Shown: positions 8,952-19,699, numbered from the stretch's first letter. The stretch is 64,000 nucleotides of DNA from an uncultured virus (IMG/VR IMGVR_UViG_3300021960_000053) (IMGVR_UViG_3300021960_000053:1-64000); one strand, 5' to 3'. The notes: generated by a model from the letters alone, not told the origin. Program-made: numbers and translations.

Positions 8952-9787
8952 CTGTAAGTCTCCCAATACATCGTCTCTTTAATTTGATTAACAAATCCAG
9001 GGCTATGTGCAATAAGTGATGGAATGTTTTGGTATGCTGCATGGAAGGCAAACACTTTTTCGTATTCATCTTCCTGAGGATTCTTACCATACCAAATACC
9101 ATCAACAAGTTTCATGTCTTGTTGAGTTGCCGCAGCACAATGATTGAATGCACCGTTAGTAAATTTATATCCGCCAACTTCGTTCATGGCAAGACAGAGA
9201 ACAAGCTCGTCTGTGACACCATCATGCAATCCACCATCACCAAAGATGTCATTAAAGATTTCCATGTAACGAGTAAACAAATTATCATGCTTACCCTTCT
9301 GAAAAAGGAATGCTCCCGACGCAGCATAGTCATAGGTACTAAGATCCTCTGGAAAATATTTTCCAAGTCCAGTCTTATCTACTTGAACTTTACGGATATA
9401 ATCTTCTAGGGTAGGCACCCACCAGTGACGGGCAATCAAGAAATCATCTTGTGCCTCTTCAATCAATTGATCAACACGATCATTGACAACTACACAATCG
9501 GTATCAAGATAGATGCAGTAGTCAGTTTCTACATGCTTGAAGACATTATAACGCTCCGCCCAAATGTGTGGTTGAAACCAGTTACGATCATCCTCATTAC
9601 GAATAGCATCAGCATTTGCCTTGACAATCTTTACTTTAGGATCATCGATATCCAACCGATCATCCATATCAAGGATAACAATTTCATGATCTTGTTCGAT
9701 CCTCTCAAGGGATTCACAAGCCCTCATCAAATTCTTATAGTAACTATCATCGCCACCAACGATGAATCCAAAACTCAGTTTAGTCAT
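8948..9787 (-). CDS. GT-A fold glycosyltransferase (GT8-like)
   Basis: CIYLDTDC DxD motif, SGAFLF, TDE; locus context. Confidence 0.65.
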   Translation of the reverse strand: MTKLSFGFIVGGDDSYYKNLMRACESLERIEQDHEIVILDMDDRLDIDDPKVKIVKANADAIRNEDDRNWFQPHIWAERYNVFKHVETDYCIYLDTDCVVVNDRVDQLIEEAQDDFLIARHWWVPTLEDYIRKVQVDKTGLGKYFPEDLSTYDYAASGAFLFQKGKHDNLFTRYMEIFNDIFGDGGLHDGVTDELVLCLAMNEVGGYKFTNGAFNHCAAATQQDMKLVDGIWYGKNPQEDEYEKVFAFHAAYQNIPSLIAHSPGFVNQIKETMYWETYR

Positions 9788-10707
9788 AGTAATTTAAGAA
9801 GTCCGTTGATACGATTGACATAAGTATGATGCTCTCTAGTATGACGCATCTGTCTAAGAATGAGTTCTTTGTCGTCTTTATTACGAAGACCTTCTTCAAA
9901 CAACTCTAAAATATTCTCCCTACAAATAACATCAGGACCAGCAAACTCTGCTAGTTTGGGGGAGTTTGTAAGTCCAAGATTACCATAACTCATAGTCTTG
10001 AATACTCTACAAGTTTTAGTTCCCCACAATTTATGAGTTTCATTTCTAAGGTCGGGAGAAAGAAAAGATTTCTGCATCAATCCTCTCATGACTTCACCAT
10101 CAATAGGGTTAGTCCAAGGGTTAGACCATACAGTATCCACACCAATTTTAGCACATAACTGAGCAAACTCTTTAATAAGATGTGCGTTCATAAATCTACC
10201 ATCGGGAGAAATACTACCGATAAAATAGAAAGTATTCTCTCTCTGGATGTTTACCCAGTCTTCATTAAATTCTTCTGGAAGAATATCAGTTGCCCACGCT
10301 AAGTAAGAGATATCATATCCTTTTTCCTTTGACATGGCACGATCAACACATACGCCAGTGTCCAGTTCTTCAAACTGGGTGACATCGTGATCGAATTCAT
10401 AGTTATCATTATCCATCTTATCTTGATGGTAACGCATGTCAATCAGTTTCTTGACATTGCCAAGATACTTCTCAGGATTCACACATACATGCACATAATA
10501 TGTGCTGTTCTTCCTCAAAGGAATATTTTTATCAGCATACCCTTCTGTAAAGAACACGCAGTCATCATAATCAAAGTCTTCAGGATACTCATTGTCATGG
10601 AACCAAAAGACTTCGTGACCTGCTCTCTCTAATGCTTTTTGAAATCCTTCATGCACATATGAATATGTGTCAGAGTGAAGAGGATATCCCCAGAGAACAC
10701 AACGCAT
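9784..10707 (-). CDS. Putative glycosyltransferase (CgeB/GT-B-like)
   Basis: C-terminal CRVFK...HHTYVNRI resembles CgeB-like GTs; locus context. Confidence 0.55.
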   Translation of the reverse strand: MRCVLWGYPLHSDTYSYVHEGFQKALERAGHEVFWFHDNEYPEDFDYDDCVFFTEGYADKNIPLRKNSTYYVHVCVNPEKYLGNVKKLIDMRYHQDKMDNDNYEFDHDVTQFEELDTGVCVDRAMSKEKGYDISYLAWATDILPEEFNEDWVNIQRENTFYFIGSISPDGRFMNAHLIKEFAQLCAKIGVDTVWSNPWTNPIDGEVMRGLMQKSFLSPDLRNETHKLWGTKTCRVFKTMSYGNLGLTNSPKLAEFAGPDVICRENILELFEEGLRNKDDKELILRQMRHTREHHTYVNRINGLLKLL

Positions 10708-11408
10708 CAGACTCTCCCCAGCATGTAATCTTCTGCTTTCTTAGTTTCTCCAGTCACACACTTCATAGCATCGATAGTATGAGAAGGGACAAGATCAGGA
10801 TGAGCCCACCAATCTTCGAAAGGATGCTGATCGTCAACGGAAATATTGTCAGCAATAAGAACATAACCGAATGACTCAAGATACTCACGAGAAGCATCAC
10901 GGACTTCAGGACCATCGTTGTAAGAGTCATGCTCGAAGGTGATGGTGGCGAACTTATACTTATTAAGATCGATACGCTTCAGTGCCTCAAAGGTAACAGA
11001 AGAAGGTTCACAATCTACCTGAAGGTAATCAAAGGTAGGACCAAGACCAACTTCCTCAAACAGTTCATCGAAGTCAGCAGTAGTTGCATCACCTACAGCA
11101 ACCTTTGCTCTACGATGTTTGTTATAAAGATCAGACTCATGTTCTTTAATTTCAAATCCAATACCATCCCATTCAAAACGAGACTCAAGCAGAGCAGTAT
11201 TGTTAGAAATAATAGGATGACCAGATCCAATCTCAACGAATGTTCCCCTCGGTCTTCCATCAGTCATACACAGGACAAACATATCCTGATAACACTGAGA
11301 AAAATTCTGATGACTTACCAGTTCAAGTCCAGGGAATTTATAACGGATTTCACTTGCTTTTTCAGCAGTGTAAAAGGTTGGCATTTGCCAGGCATTAGGG
11401 TCGCTCAT
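10707..11408 (-). CDS. FkbM-family SAM-dependent methyltransferase
   Basis: SQCYQD, GTFVEIGS, SNNT, DYLQVDCE motifs. Confidence 0.8.
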   Translation of the reverse strand: MSDPNAWQMPTFYTAEKASEIRYKFPGLELVSHQNFSQCYQDMFVLCMTDGRPRGTFVEIGSGHPIISNNTALLESRFEWDGIGFEIKEHESDLYNKHRRAKVAVGDATTADFDELFEEVGLGPTFDYLQVDCEPSSVTFEALKRIDLNKYKFATITFEHDSYNDGPEVRDASREYLESFGYVLIADNISVDDQHPFEDWWAHPDLVPSHTIDAMKCVTGETKKAEDYMLGRV

Positions 11409-12112
11409 ACTTGATAAGATGAATTATCTTTGGCTAGGTGAATAATTTTTTGCTCGTAAGGATAGTTTGGAAAACATTCGGGGAATGCATAGTCAGGAGG
11501 TAGAGCATTAACCTCATCCTGATTTTCAATAAAGAATCTATTCAAATGACTCTCATCATGCCATAAGGCAATTATACCATTTTCATAGTCTTTGTCAACT
11601 CTATCTCTCAAGAGTTTCATCATAGGAATTACAGACTCAATCCTACCTCCCCATAGACATCCTTGATAGTAAGACTGTTGTTCTCCAGTCACACATGCTT
11701 CAGATTCAAGACGCCGCTCAAAGGTCCCAGTTCCAGTATTGTAATGGCATGGATGATGGACAGCAATATAATCTTTGCCGAACTTGAAGAATTCTTCAGG
11801 AGAAATTTCCTGATTGACTTTCATATCAGCATCAAGGAATAACAACCAATCGTGCTCCTCCAACTCTTCTTGTGCTAACAAGATCGTATGGAACCTCTCT
11901 AAGGTAATAGAGGGCCATTCTTTATGAGGAATTTTCAGGACTGTTATATGGTCAGGTAATGCATCCCCTACAATTTCACCATCGGTAAAGATAAAGTATT
12001 GCTTACGAAGTTCGGGAAACAAATATTTTTCACAAGACTCATAGTATCCAGGAAAAAAATTAAGATACTTATTAGTACCAATAAAAATTATTGCAACTGT
12101 TGCATTTTTCAT
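11405..12112 (-). CDS. Glycosyltransferase family 6 (ABO-type alpha-1,3-Gal/GalNAc transferase)
   Basis: FIGTNKY, WPxITLxRF, FLDAD, YYQGCLWGG, WHDESHLNR. Confidence 0.92.
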   Translation of the reverse strand: MKNATVAIIFIGTNKYLNFFPGYYESCEKYLFPELRKQYFIFTDGEIVGDALPDHITVLKIPHKEWPSITLERFHTILLAQEELEEHDWLLFLDADMKVNQEISPEEFFKFGKDYIAVHHPCHYNTGTGTFERRLESEACVTGEQQSYYQGCLWGGRIESVIPMMKLLRDRVDKDYENGIIALWHDESHLNRFFIENQDEVNALPPDYAFPECFPNYPYEQKIIHLAKDNSSYQV

Positions 12113-12918
12113 ACCACTTCCCAACCTTCGCAATACAGATCTTTAGTGTCATTGATTTGATTCAGAGGAGGACCAAACCATTTAGATGGTGCGACTACTC
12201 TCTTGTTCGGATTAGTGCAGAGCCATGCTCCCCACCAACTAAAAGAACTATTAGCAATAATAAAATCACTGCAGAGAGACATCATACAAAGATCAAGATA
12301 CTGATCATTTGTTTCGGAAACTAAGAACCTGTCGTTATCGAACATTTCTTCTTGGAGGCACCACTCTGGATCATCAGAGAAAATAATCACTTCACGATTA
12401 GAGTCGAACCTTGCCAACGCTTCCTTATAGTAATTTATATCACAAATAGGATGGTGAGAATAATTGGCGTAGTCAGTACGACGAACATGTAATGCAATGG
12501 GATTAGTGACATCCGTAATCATCTTCTTACATGGTTCCAGATACTCATCCTTGAATTTAAAGTCAAGGAGAAGATCTTCTCTAATGTGCTTGAAGTATTT
12601 TTCTGACTGGAAGAAACCAAATATACTTACAAAGTCTGGACAATTGTTAAAGAGATTCTCATCAAACTCAAAAGACTCTTCCCTGACAATGGGACGATCT
12701 TGATCAATAGACTGAACCTGAAGAGCACTTAAACTTGAAAGTTCAAAGGGAACAAACAGTTGATGCTCATTCCATTCATCTGCTTTGTTCTTATAATTTG
12801 ATGGGGGAACACAGTAGTTGAACCCCCGATTAGCAGCGATACCCTTTACAGCAGCATACTGAAACATTTGATTGGCAAGACGCTCTTTCATCTTGCCGAC
12901 ATAGTTAATACCAATCAT
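12109..12918 (-). CDS. Glycosyltransferase family 11 (alpha-1,2-fucosyltransferase-like)
   Basis: RLANQMFQYA, GFFQSEKYF, HVRRTDY, IIANSSFSWWGAWL. Confidence 0.93.
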   Translation of the reverse strand: MIGINYVGKMKERLANQMFQYAAVKGIAANRGFNYCVPPSNYKNKADEWNEHQLFVPFELSSLSALQVQSIDQDRPIVREESFEFDENLFNNCPDFVSIFGFFQSEKYFKHIREDLLLDFKFKDEYLEPCKKMITDVTNPIALHVRRTDYANYSHHPICDINYYKEALARFDSNREVIIFSDDPEWCLQEEMFDNDRFLVSETNDQYLDLCMMSLCSDFIIANSSFSWWGAWLCTNPNKRVVAPSKWFGPPLNQINDTKDLYCEGWEVV

Positions 12919-13868
12919 CTCGTTTGAATATCAGTGTTTTCAATAAACCACTTATAGGTTTCGCGTAGACCATCTTGAAGATTGTACTTTGGTTTCCAAC
13001 CTTTATCTAAAAGTTTGGAGTAATCAAGAGGACGCTTGGGAGTGCCATCAGGTTTAGAAGTATCCCACTCAATTTTCCCTGTGTACCCAGTTACATTAGC
13101 GACCATGTTAGCAAGTTCTGCAATGGTCACATCTTCACCAGATCCAACATTCAACAACTCTGCAGACTCGTAGTTCTCCATAGCGAAGAGACATGCGTCT
13201 GCAAGGTCATCAACATAGAGAAACTCACGACGAGGGGTGCCTGTGCCCCAGCAGGTCACTGGAGCGTCTCCTACGGTCCAGTTGTTGAACTTCTGGAGCA
13301 TAGCAGGGATCACATGCCCGTTCATGGGGTGGAAGTTATCGTTAGGACCATACAGATTGGCAGGCATCAGGGAGACACCCTTGAACCCGTACTGCTTGTA
13401 GTAAGACCTCAGCATGTAGATGCCATGGATCTTAGCAAGAGCATACGCATCGTTGGTAGGCTCCAGTTCTCCAGACATCAGAGACTCTTCCTTTACAGGA
13501 GTCGGTGCAAACTTAGGGTAGATACATACGCTTCCAAGGAAAAGAAACTTTTGTACACCATGCTTCCAGGCATAGTGAATAAGGTTGGTTTGGATCTGAG
13601 TGTTCTGGTAGATAAACTCTGCCGAGTAAGTATCATTGGCATGGATACCACCGACACGAGCAGCAGCATCAAACACATAGTCGATACCTTCAGACCTGAA
13701 GAACTTTTCGACAGCAAACTGATCCATAAGATCAAGCTCCTGCCGAGTTCTAGTAATGATGTTCTCATAACCTTCTTCTTGAAGACGGCGAACAATGGCA
13801 GATCCAACTAAACCACGATGACCAGCGACAAAAATTCTTGCGTGTTTCTGCATTGTTCTCAGTTTCAT
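12915..13868 (-). CDS. fcl: GDP-L-fucose synthase (epimerase/reductase)
   Basis: GHRGLVGS, LGSVCIYP, YALAK, NLYGPNDNF, HVIPA. Confidence 0.95.
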   Translation of the reverse strand: MKLRTMQKHARIFVAGHRGLVGSAIVRRLQEEGYENIITRTRQELDLMDQFAVEKFFRSEGIDYVFDAAARVGGIHANDTYSAEFIYQNTQIQTNLIHYAWKHGVQKFLFLGSVCIYPKFAPTPVKEESLMSGELEPTNDAYALAKIHGIYMLRSYYKQYGFKGVSLMPANLYGPNDNFHPMNGHVIPAMLQKFNNWTVGDAPVTCWGTGTPRREFLYVDDLADACLFAMENYESAELLNVGSGEDVTIAELANMVANVTGYTGKIEWDTSKPDGTPKRPLDYSKLLDKGWKPKYNLQDGLRETYKWFIENTDIQTR

Positions 13869-15115
13869 GGAATAATTACGACTTCAGGTTCGGGAAGTGG
13901 GAATAAGAACCGACGACCTTTAAACTTTTCATTCTTCAGGAAGAAATCTCTAAAGTGCCAGGGAAGAACAATATGAAGATCATATTCTTTTTCCAGCACA
14001 CTCTCTTCGCTAGTAATAGGAATCCAAGTTCCAGGTGTAAAGGATCCGTCTTTGTCAGGATTAACATCACCAACAGCGGCAACATCTTTAGGACCAATCT
14101 CCCAGGTTTGCAGCGTTACATTTCCTTTAGTGCTGGCACCAAGGGCACAGATCTTAGAACCATTACGACGATAGAAGTCCATGATTTCCCAGAACTGTTT
14201 CTTACAGGCATTAATACGCTCTGCAAAAGCTTCCCAAGGTTCAACGGTATCCAGTTTGTCTTCCAACTCTGAGGCAATAAGAGCAGTAAGTTTTACTGTA
14301 CATTCCTTACGCTCACTGTTGGTAGAAGGAGTTACTACTACAGAGATACTACCACCATTAACATCATTGAATTCAAAATCAACAATCTTGAATCCAGACT
14401 TATCCATGATGTACTTGAGTTGTCTCATACCATAGTAGGAGAGATGCTCATGACATACTGTGTCAAACGAATTGACCCGCAGCATCGTTGGCATATAACT
14501 TTGCTCAAGCACCCAGATTCCGCGAGGATCAAGGATGTCATGGACCTGGCGGGCAAACTCGCAGGGATCTTCAAGGTCATAGAACATCGAGAACGATGTA
14601 ACTACCTTTGCTTTCTGCTTACCGAACCGCTCACGATAAACATCGGAAGAGAAGAAGTCGGCAATATAATTTACATTCTCAGGAATGTAATCTCTAAACT
14701 TTTTCGAGGTGGGATCAATGCTCATGAGTTGCAGATCATGGGGGAAGAACCCCAAGAAGGTGCCATCATTACCTGCAATATCAATTACGATATCGCCAGA
14801 GTTAAACTTGACATCACGCATAATCTTCTCTGCCTTTCCACGCAGGTGACGAACCATGCTACCGTTCAGACCAGAACGATAACCATACTCTTCACCATAC
14901 ATGGTAGGAAGATCAAAGGTATGTTCTAGTTGAACATGACCACATCCACCTTTAGACTCGTCACACTTGACGAGAGTGAGAGGACCTTTGTACATGTCCT
15001 CATCGATCTCTTTGGGAAAAATGCCAGAAAGATATTGATCACCAAGATCCAAGACTGTGATCAGGTGTTCATTACCACATACTCTGCACTTTTCAATTCT
15101 GTGAAATTTACTCAT
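13865..15115 (-). CDS. NDP-sugar 3-C-methyltransferase-like protein
   Basis: N-terminal CRVC Zn site, [27 protein letters not shown]. Confidence 0.85.
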   Translation of the reverse strand: MSKFHRIEKCRVCGNEHLITVLDLGDQYLSGIFPKEIDEDMYKGPLTLVKCDESKGGCGHVQLEHTFDLPTMYGEEYGYRSGLNGSMVRHLRGKAEKIMRDVKFNSGDIVIDIAGNDGTFLGFFPHDLQLMSIDPTSKKFRDYIPENVNYIADFFSSDVYRERFGKQKAKVVTSFSMFYDLEDPCEFARQVHDILDPRGIWVLEQSYMPTMLRVNSFDTVCHEHLSYYGMRQLKYIMDKSGFKIVDFEFNDVNGGSISVVVTPSTNSERKECTVKLTALIASELEDKLDTVEPWEAFAERINACKKQFWEIMDFYRRNGSKICALGASTKGNVTLQTWEIGPKDVAAVGDVNPDKDGSFTPGTWIPITSEESVLEKEYDLHIVLPWHFRDFFLKNEKFKGRRFLFPLPEPEVVIIP

Positions 15116-16104
15116 TGTCCGTTAATACACATGTCTTCTACAAGATCTTGGAAACTATATTCTGGTTCCCATCCTAGCACAGTTTTTGCTTTTGTTGCAT
15201 CCCCAAGTAGTTGCTCTACTTCTGTTGGGCGGTAGTATTTAGGGTCTACGCGAACGATCACTCTGTTGAGATTCTTACAGAATCCAACTTCATCAAGACC
15301 CTCTCCACGCCACTCAATATTGAATCCAAAGTAAGATGCAGATTCGTTAACAAACTCACGAACACTACGCATCTCACCTGTAGCAAGAACAAAATCATCA
15401 GGAGTTTCGTGCTGAACAATCATCCACATACCACGAACATAATCTAATGCATGTCCCCAATCACGCTGAGCATCCAGATTGCCTAGTTCTAGGACATCTT
15501 GGAGTCCACTAGAGATGCGTGAGAGTCCTCTCGTGATCTTACGGGTAACGAAGGTTTCACCTCTCCGTGGGGACTCATGATTGAAAAGTATGCCATTGCT
15601 AGCATGGATACCATACGCTTCACGATAGTTCTTAACAATCCAATATGCATACATCTTTGCTACACCATATGGTGAGCGAGGATAGAAAGGAGTGGTCTCT
15701 TTCTGAGGGACCTCTTGAACAAGTCCATACAGTTCGCTTGTGGATGCCTGATAGAACTTACAAGGATGTTCCAATAAACGAATAGCCTCTAGGAGACGCA
15801 GGGTTCCTAGAGCATCAACTTCTCCCGTATACTCAGGCATATCAAAAGACACCTTTACATGACTCATGGCAGCAAGGTTATACACCTCAGTAGGTTTGAT
15901 CTTTTGAATCAAACTCATGAGGTTACCTGCATCAGTCATGTCTCCATAATGTTTATGGATTTTATTATAGATGTGATCAATACGATGCGTATTAATTAAA
16001 GAAGAACGGCGTACAATGCCGTGAACTTCATACCCCTTTTGGAGAAGAAATTCGGCAAGGTACGAACCGTCCTGTCCTGTTATTCCTGTAATTAATGCTC
16101 TCAT
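15112..16104 (-). CDS. gmd: GDP-mannose 4,6-dehydratase
   Basis: [43 protein letters not shown]. Confidence 0.98.
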   Translation of the reverse strand: MRALITGITGQDGSYLAEFLLQKGYEVHGIVRRSSLINTHRIDHIYNKIHKHYGDMTDAGNLMSLIQKIKPTEVYNLAAMSHVKVSFDMPEYTGEVDALGTLRLLEAIRLLEHPCKFYQASTSELYGLVQEVPQKETTPFYPRSPYGVAKMYAYWIVKNYREAYGIHASNGILFNHESPRRGETFVTRKITRGLSRISSGLQDVLELGNLDAQRDWGHALDYVRGMWMIVQHETPDDFVLATGEMRSVREFVNESASYFGFNIEWRGEGLDEVGFCKNLNRVIVRVDPKYYRPTEVEQLLGDATKAKTVLGWEPEYSFQDLVEDMCINGQ

Positions 16105-16287
16105 TTAAACGATTTTGATATGATCTTCAGACATCAAATCTGCTGAAGACTTGTCTGCAATATTACGAAGACCCAAATAGTGACGCCAAAGTTCTGACAG
16201 CGTATTGGTCTCTTCGTCGTTATTTAGTGCAGCGATCAAAGCGTCTTTGACTGCATCAGCAGCGTTTTGATAATCAGTGTAAGTCAT
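16105..16287 (-). CDS. Hypothetical protein
   Basis: 60-aa ORF tiling the operon. Confidence 0.7.
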   Translation of the reverse strand: MTYTDYQNAADAVKDALIAALNNDEETNTLSELWRHYLGLRNIADKSSADLMSEDHIKIV

Positions 16288-16289
16288 AA

Positions 16290-16526
16290 TTAATCGTACT
16301 TGCGATAGGCACCCACTTCGGGGTCAGGGTCTAACCATTTGGTGTATTCTTTGTCTTCGATAGCAAGATGAAGTTGCATCTCATTATCGCAAAGATACAT
16401 GTCATTGTAACGCTTGGTCCATTCGTGATACTTTTGAATGCGGCAATCAGGTTTACCGTTGATTTCTAAAGTACCACAGGTTACATAACGGTAAGGATAC
16501 CGCTCAAGAATCACATTCGGTTTCAT
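16290..16526 (-). CDS. Hypothetical protein
   Basis: Probable start MKPNVILERYPYRY. Confidence 0.7.
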   Translation of the reverse strand: MKPNVILERYPYRYVTCGTLEINGKPDCRIQKYHEWTKRYNDMYLCDNEMQLHLAIEDKEYTKWLDPDPEVGAYRKYD

Positions 16527-16740
16527 CGATAACACCTTCTTCAAGGAGATCAGCATAGAGACAGTCTAGCAGAATCTCGTAATCATCACAAGGATCGTTC
16601 ATGAATTGAACGCCTTTTTCTTCGTAGTATTTGGTTACCTTACGGAAGACCTTAGGATACTGATGGTCAAGAGCAACTTGCCCCTCAACAGTGCCACGAA
16701 GGATGTTGATATGCTTTTTGAACTTAGTGGTGACAGACAT
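16504..16740 (-). CDS. Hypothetical protein
   Basis: 78-aa ORF downstream of TATAAT at 16763-16768. Confidence 0.7.
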   Translation of the reverse strand: MSVTTKFKKHINILRGTVEGQVALDHQYPKVFRKVTKYYEEKGVQFMNDPCDDYEILLDCLYADLLEEGVIDETECDS

Positions 16741-16957
16741 CGTTCTGTTTGTTTACCTTGTTATTATACTCCACCTGATCGCTTTTGGGAAGTTCAGGTG
16801 GACGGTCGTTCCAGTGTCTGATGGCATTGGCGACGATCGCAATATTAGTTATGAAATAAGAGATAAAAATAAGGGTGCGGATAACCGCAACCCTATCAGA
16901 CTCTTTATTATCTCCTGTTGCTTTCTCTCCTAAAGCTTTACACCAAAGTCTCCACAT
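16724..16957 (-). CDS. Hypothetical membrane protein
   Basis: One hydrophobic segment; tiles with neighbours. Confidence 0.6.
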   Translation of the reverse strand: MWRLWCKALGEKATGDNKESDRVAVIRTLIFISYFITNIAIVANAIRHWNDRPPELPKSDQVEYNNKVNKQNDVCHH

Positions 16958-17180
16958 TAGATTTTTTAGATGATGCCAACGAGTTGCGAGGAACCTTGGA
17001 CTTGAATTCGTCTTTCAAATTATACTGTATTTCGTAGTTCTCAGTCAAGACATAATAACCAGTGAGATCTTTACCATTGTCAGTCCACCCATAAGAGATA
17101 ACCCGTTCGTTTACATCACGAAGATCAATCTTTTTATCGGTATTGAGATAGTGATTAAAACGCTGGTGAAGGTTGATCAT
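16938..17180 (-). CDS. Hypothetical protein
   Basis: ATGA-coupled to upstream ORF. Confidence 0.7.
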   Translation of the reverse strand: MINLHQRFNHYLNTDKKIDLRDVNERVISYGWTDNGKDLTGYYVLTENYEIQYNLKDEFKSKVPRNSLASSKKSNVETLV

Positions 17181-17425
17181 CGTGTTTCGAAGTTGAGTTT
17201 ACGAACTTTGCGCTTGCGTCTGTTCTCTTGGTATTCTAAGTCGCCCTTGGACAAAACGCTAGAACTCTTAAGACTGTTTTCAGAATTGACCAATACGACT
17301 TTACTTAAGTCAGCAGCAGAAACTTTATCCCCGATTACTGTGGTCATGTTCTCGCATCCACAGCACTGAGTTTTGTTCGAGCTGATCAATTCTAGATTGC
17401 ACATTTTGCATCTGACAGATAACAT
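17177..17425 (-). CDS. Small Zn-ribbon protein
   Basis: CKMC ... CCGCEN. Confidence 0.7.
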   Translation of the reverse strand: MLSVRCKMCNLELISSNKTQCCGCENMTTVIGDKVSAADLSKVVLVNSENSLKSSSVLSKGDLEYQENRRKRKVRKLNFETR

Positions 17426-17482
17426 AATCTAACCTCTTTTTAATATCTTCCAAATCTAATTGGATAGATTTTTTTAATTTCA

Positions 17483-17554
17483 TGGGAAATACTGGATTCG
17501 AACCAGTGACTTATTGCTTGTAAGGCAACCACTCTACCGCTGAGTTAATCTCCC
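17483..17554 (-). tRNA. tRNA-Val(UAC)
   Basis: Cloverleaf GGGAGAT.../ATTTCCC, anticodon arm GTTGC-CTTACAA-GCAAT, GTTCGAATC T-loop. Confidence 0.93.
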
Positions 17555-17631
17555 TGGCGACTCAGGAGGGACTTGAACCCCCGACCAACTGCTTAGAAGG
17601 CAGATGCTCTATCCAACTGAGCTACTGAGTC
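17555..17631 (-). tRNA. tRNA-Arg(UCU), encoded CCA
   Basis: GACTCAG.../CTGAGTC-GCCA, anticodon loop CTTCTAA. Confidence 0.95.
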
Positions 17632-18229
17632 ACGAAAACATAAAAGTGTAATTAACTCTTCGATTTCCAGAACCATGTTTCATTGAAACTTTATTGGTTT
17701 CATGGAAGTATTTAGAGTTAAATATAAGAAGACGATTACACGCATAAGGAATAATCGTCTTCTTAGAGTTAGTGTACTCTAGATATTTCCTAATCAACTT
17801 GACATCCGTATTATACTCGCGCCAGGTCCATGTCGGAGGCGGTTTAATATCATAAAGAATTAAACCGTTTTTCTCTGGATCTTCTACAGAAGAATCTGGA
17901 GTGACCCAGAGATTCACATTATAGCATGCTGGATCAGCATGCGGGGTAACGCCGTTGGCGTTGTTGTCGTAAACGAATGCCCAACCTCTGTCAAAACGAC
18001 CGAGGAATGGGAACCTCGTTTCCAACCCTGTAATTATAGCAGATAGAAGGGGATGCCGCAAGCGGTCTGGAGAGAAGTTAAGTGAGTAATAGTCTTCGTA
18101 GATATCATCTGGATCATCTGCATTGAGAGCATACTCACGCAAGTCATCAATAACATCTGGCAGAAACAAATTATCTACCACATGATACCTTTCCTCTTCA
18201 ATTATTTTCTTTACGGTATTTGAATGCAT
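17630..18229 (-). CDS. 2OG-Fe(II) oxygenase
   Basis: HAD ... FHET ... RRVNYTF facial triad and Arg. Confidence 0.8.
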   Translation of the reverse strand: MHSNTVKKIIEEERYHVVDNLFLPDVIDDLREYALNADDPDDIYEDYYSLNFSPDRLRHPLLSAIITGLETRFPFLGRFDRGWAFVYDNNANGVTPHADPACYNVNLWVTPDSSVEDPEKNGLILYDIKPPPTWTWREYNTDVKLIRKYLEYTNSKKTIIPYACNRLLIFNSKYFHETNKVSMKHGSGNRRVNYTFMFS

Positions 18230-18728
18230 ATGTAAAACGATGTTCAGAAACTAAAGGAGTTGCTCTATGCAATACCCAAGAAGTAAATTTAACAAGAGTA
18301 TTTGGAATTGGAGGAATAGCAATGATCTTTTGATCTAGATAGAATTCTGTAGTTCCCCCATCATTTAGTCCATTATACATTTTATTTGCATAAAAAAGAA
18401 TTGTAATTTGATCTTCATCATCTTCACAATCTTGATGAAAGTTTGCTATTTCTCTAGGAGCAAAACAATTAATATATGCTCTGTATAATTCGTAACTTTC
18501 AAGTTCTGGAAACTTATCAAGAACGATACCATTTAGAATGTCAACAATTTCTGTATCTTGTTCACAATCTGGATCCAACTCAGAAACTAATCCAGTTGGT
18601 TTAAATTTTTCCTCGTCCGTCTCTCCATAAGTATAAGAAGCATTGTAAGCAAAATTGGATACTTCTCTAAAATCTTCAGGAGATAAAGCTTTATCCACTG
18701 CAAGAATGCTTGGTCTTTGTTTTGTCAT
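18198..18728 (-). CDS. 2OG-Fe(II) oxygenase
   Basis: FHQD, GGTTEF, LHRA, RFTYAFK. Confidence 0.88.
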   Translation of the reverse strand: MTKQRPSILAVDKALSPEDFREVSNFAYNASYTYGETDEEKFKPTGLVSELDPDCEQDTEIVDILNGIVLDKFPELESYELYRAYINCFAPREIANFHQDCEDDEDQITILFYANKMYNGLNDGGTTEFYLDQKIIAIPPIPNTLVKFTSWVLHRATPLVSEHRFTYAFKYRKENN

Positions 18729-18736
18729 ATTAAATA

Positions 18737-18808
18737 AGCGGGGTATCGGAATCGAACCGACGACATCTAACTTGGAAGGATAGCGTTCTACCGCTGAACT
18801 AACCCCGC
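18737..18808 (-). tRNA. tRNA-Gly(UCC)
   Basis: GCGGGGT.../ACCCCGC, anticodon loop CTTCCAA. Confidence 0.92.
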
Positions 18809-18818
18809 GATAGATACA

Positions 18819-19385
18819 TTATAGCACATCTTCTAACTTTCTGACGCGCCAGACCACAGTATATCTATACACATAAGGATGGCGTGGTCCTAGACCCCTG
18901 TGAGGAATTTCAGACGGGAAGATAAGAACTCTACCAGGAACATATTCATGTTCCTCTATAACTTCATTGTCTTCATTTACAATTTGAAATTGACCACCCC
19001 ATTCTTTAGAGTCCCATTTAGTATTCACCATATACATGATGGTGTAATCTCCAGGATCTCCATCAACATGGGATGTACCATCACAAAAAGAGTGTTGTAG
19101 GTTGAAATCGATTCTATTTAAAAGAAGAGGAAAGTCAACCTGCTCCTCAATATGAGCGAACATATTAAAGAAACACTCACACTTGGGAGTCCAGTTAACT
19201 ATATGATTGATCGAACTTCTTTCAAAAAGATTTTCACCAAATAATTTATGAGTGCCATGTTGCCCTGCAGGATAACCAGTACCGTTTGCCTCATTGATAG
19301 CAGTTACAGGAAGATGGAGCATAGTCTTCTCAACCTGCACCATATAGTCATAATCAAAAAGGTTATCTAAAATTTGAGCAATCAT
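18819..19385 (-). CDS. 2OG-Fe(II) oxygenase
   Basis: HVD, WGGQF, PGRVLIFPSEIPHRG, RYTVVW. Confidence 0.88.
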   Translation of the reverse strand: MIAQILDNLFDYDYMVQVEKTMLHLPVTAINEANGTGYPAGQHGTHKLFGENLFERSSINHIVNWTPKCECFFNMFAHIEEQVDFPLLLNRIDFNLQHSFCDGTSHVDGDPGDYTIMYMVNTKWDSKEWGGQFQIVNEDNEVIEEHEYVPGRVLIFPSEIPHRGLGPRHPYVYRYTVVWRVRKLEDVL

Positions 19386-19699
19386 TAATCACGCTGTCTC
19401 CAGTCATCAGGTTTATCTCTTTGGAACCAATCTACAATTTCATCTGCAGATTTAAACCCCGTACTATGGTTGGATGGGTCGGGGTCTCCTAGTCCCATCC
19501 TATTCATAAAATCATCCATACTTCCTTCTTGAATATCTCCCGCTGCTTGGCGTCGTGCTTTGTTTAACCAGTCTCTTGCAGTTGTATATGACTTGGCAAG
19601 TTTCTCTGCCCAAATCATATCCTCAAGATTCACCTCTTCTTTGTTTGATATCTTCTTACAGATACCTTCAAGACGAAGACGATACTGTGTTGACAGCAT
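19385..19699 (-). CDS. Hypothetical protein
   Basis: Probable start MLSTQYRLRLE, late-like CTAAATA upstream. Confidence 0.75.
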   Translation of the reverse strand: MLSTQYRLRLEGICKKISNKEEVNLEDMIWAEKLAKSYTTARDWLNKARRQAAGDIQEGSMDDFMNRMGLGDPDPSNHSTGFKSADEIVDWFQRDKPDDWRQRD

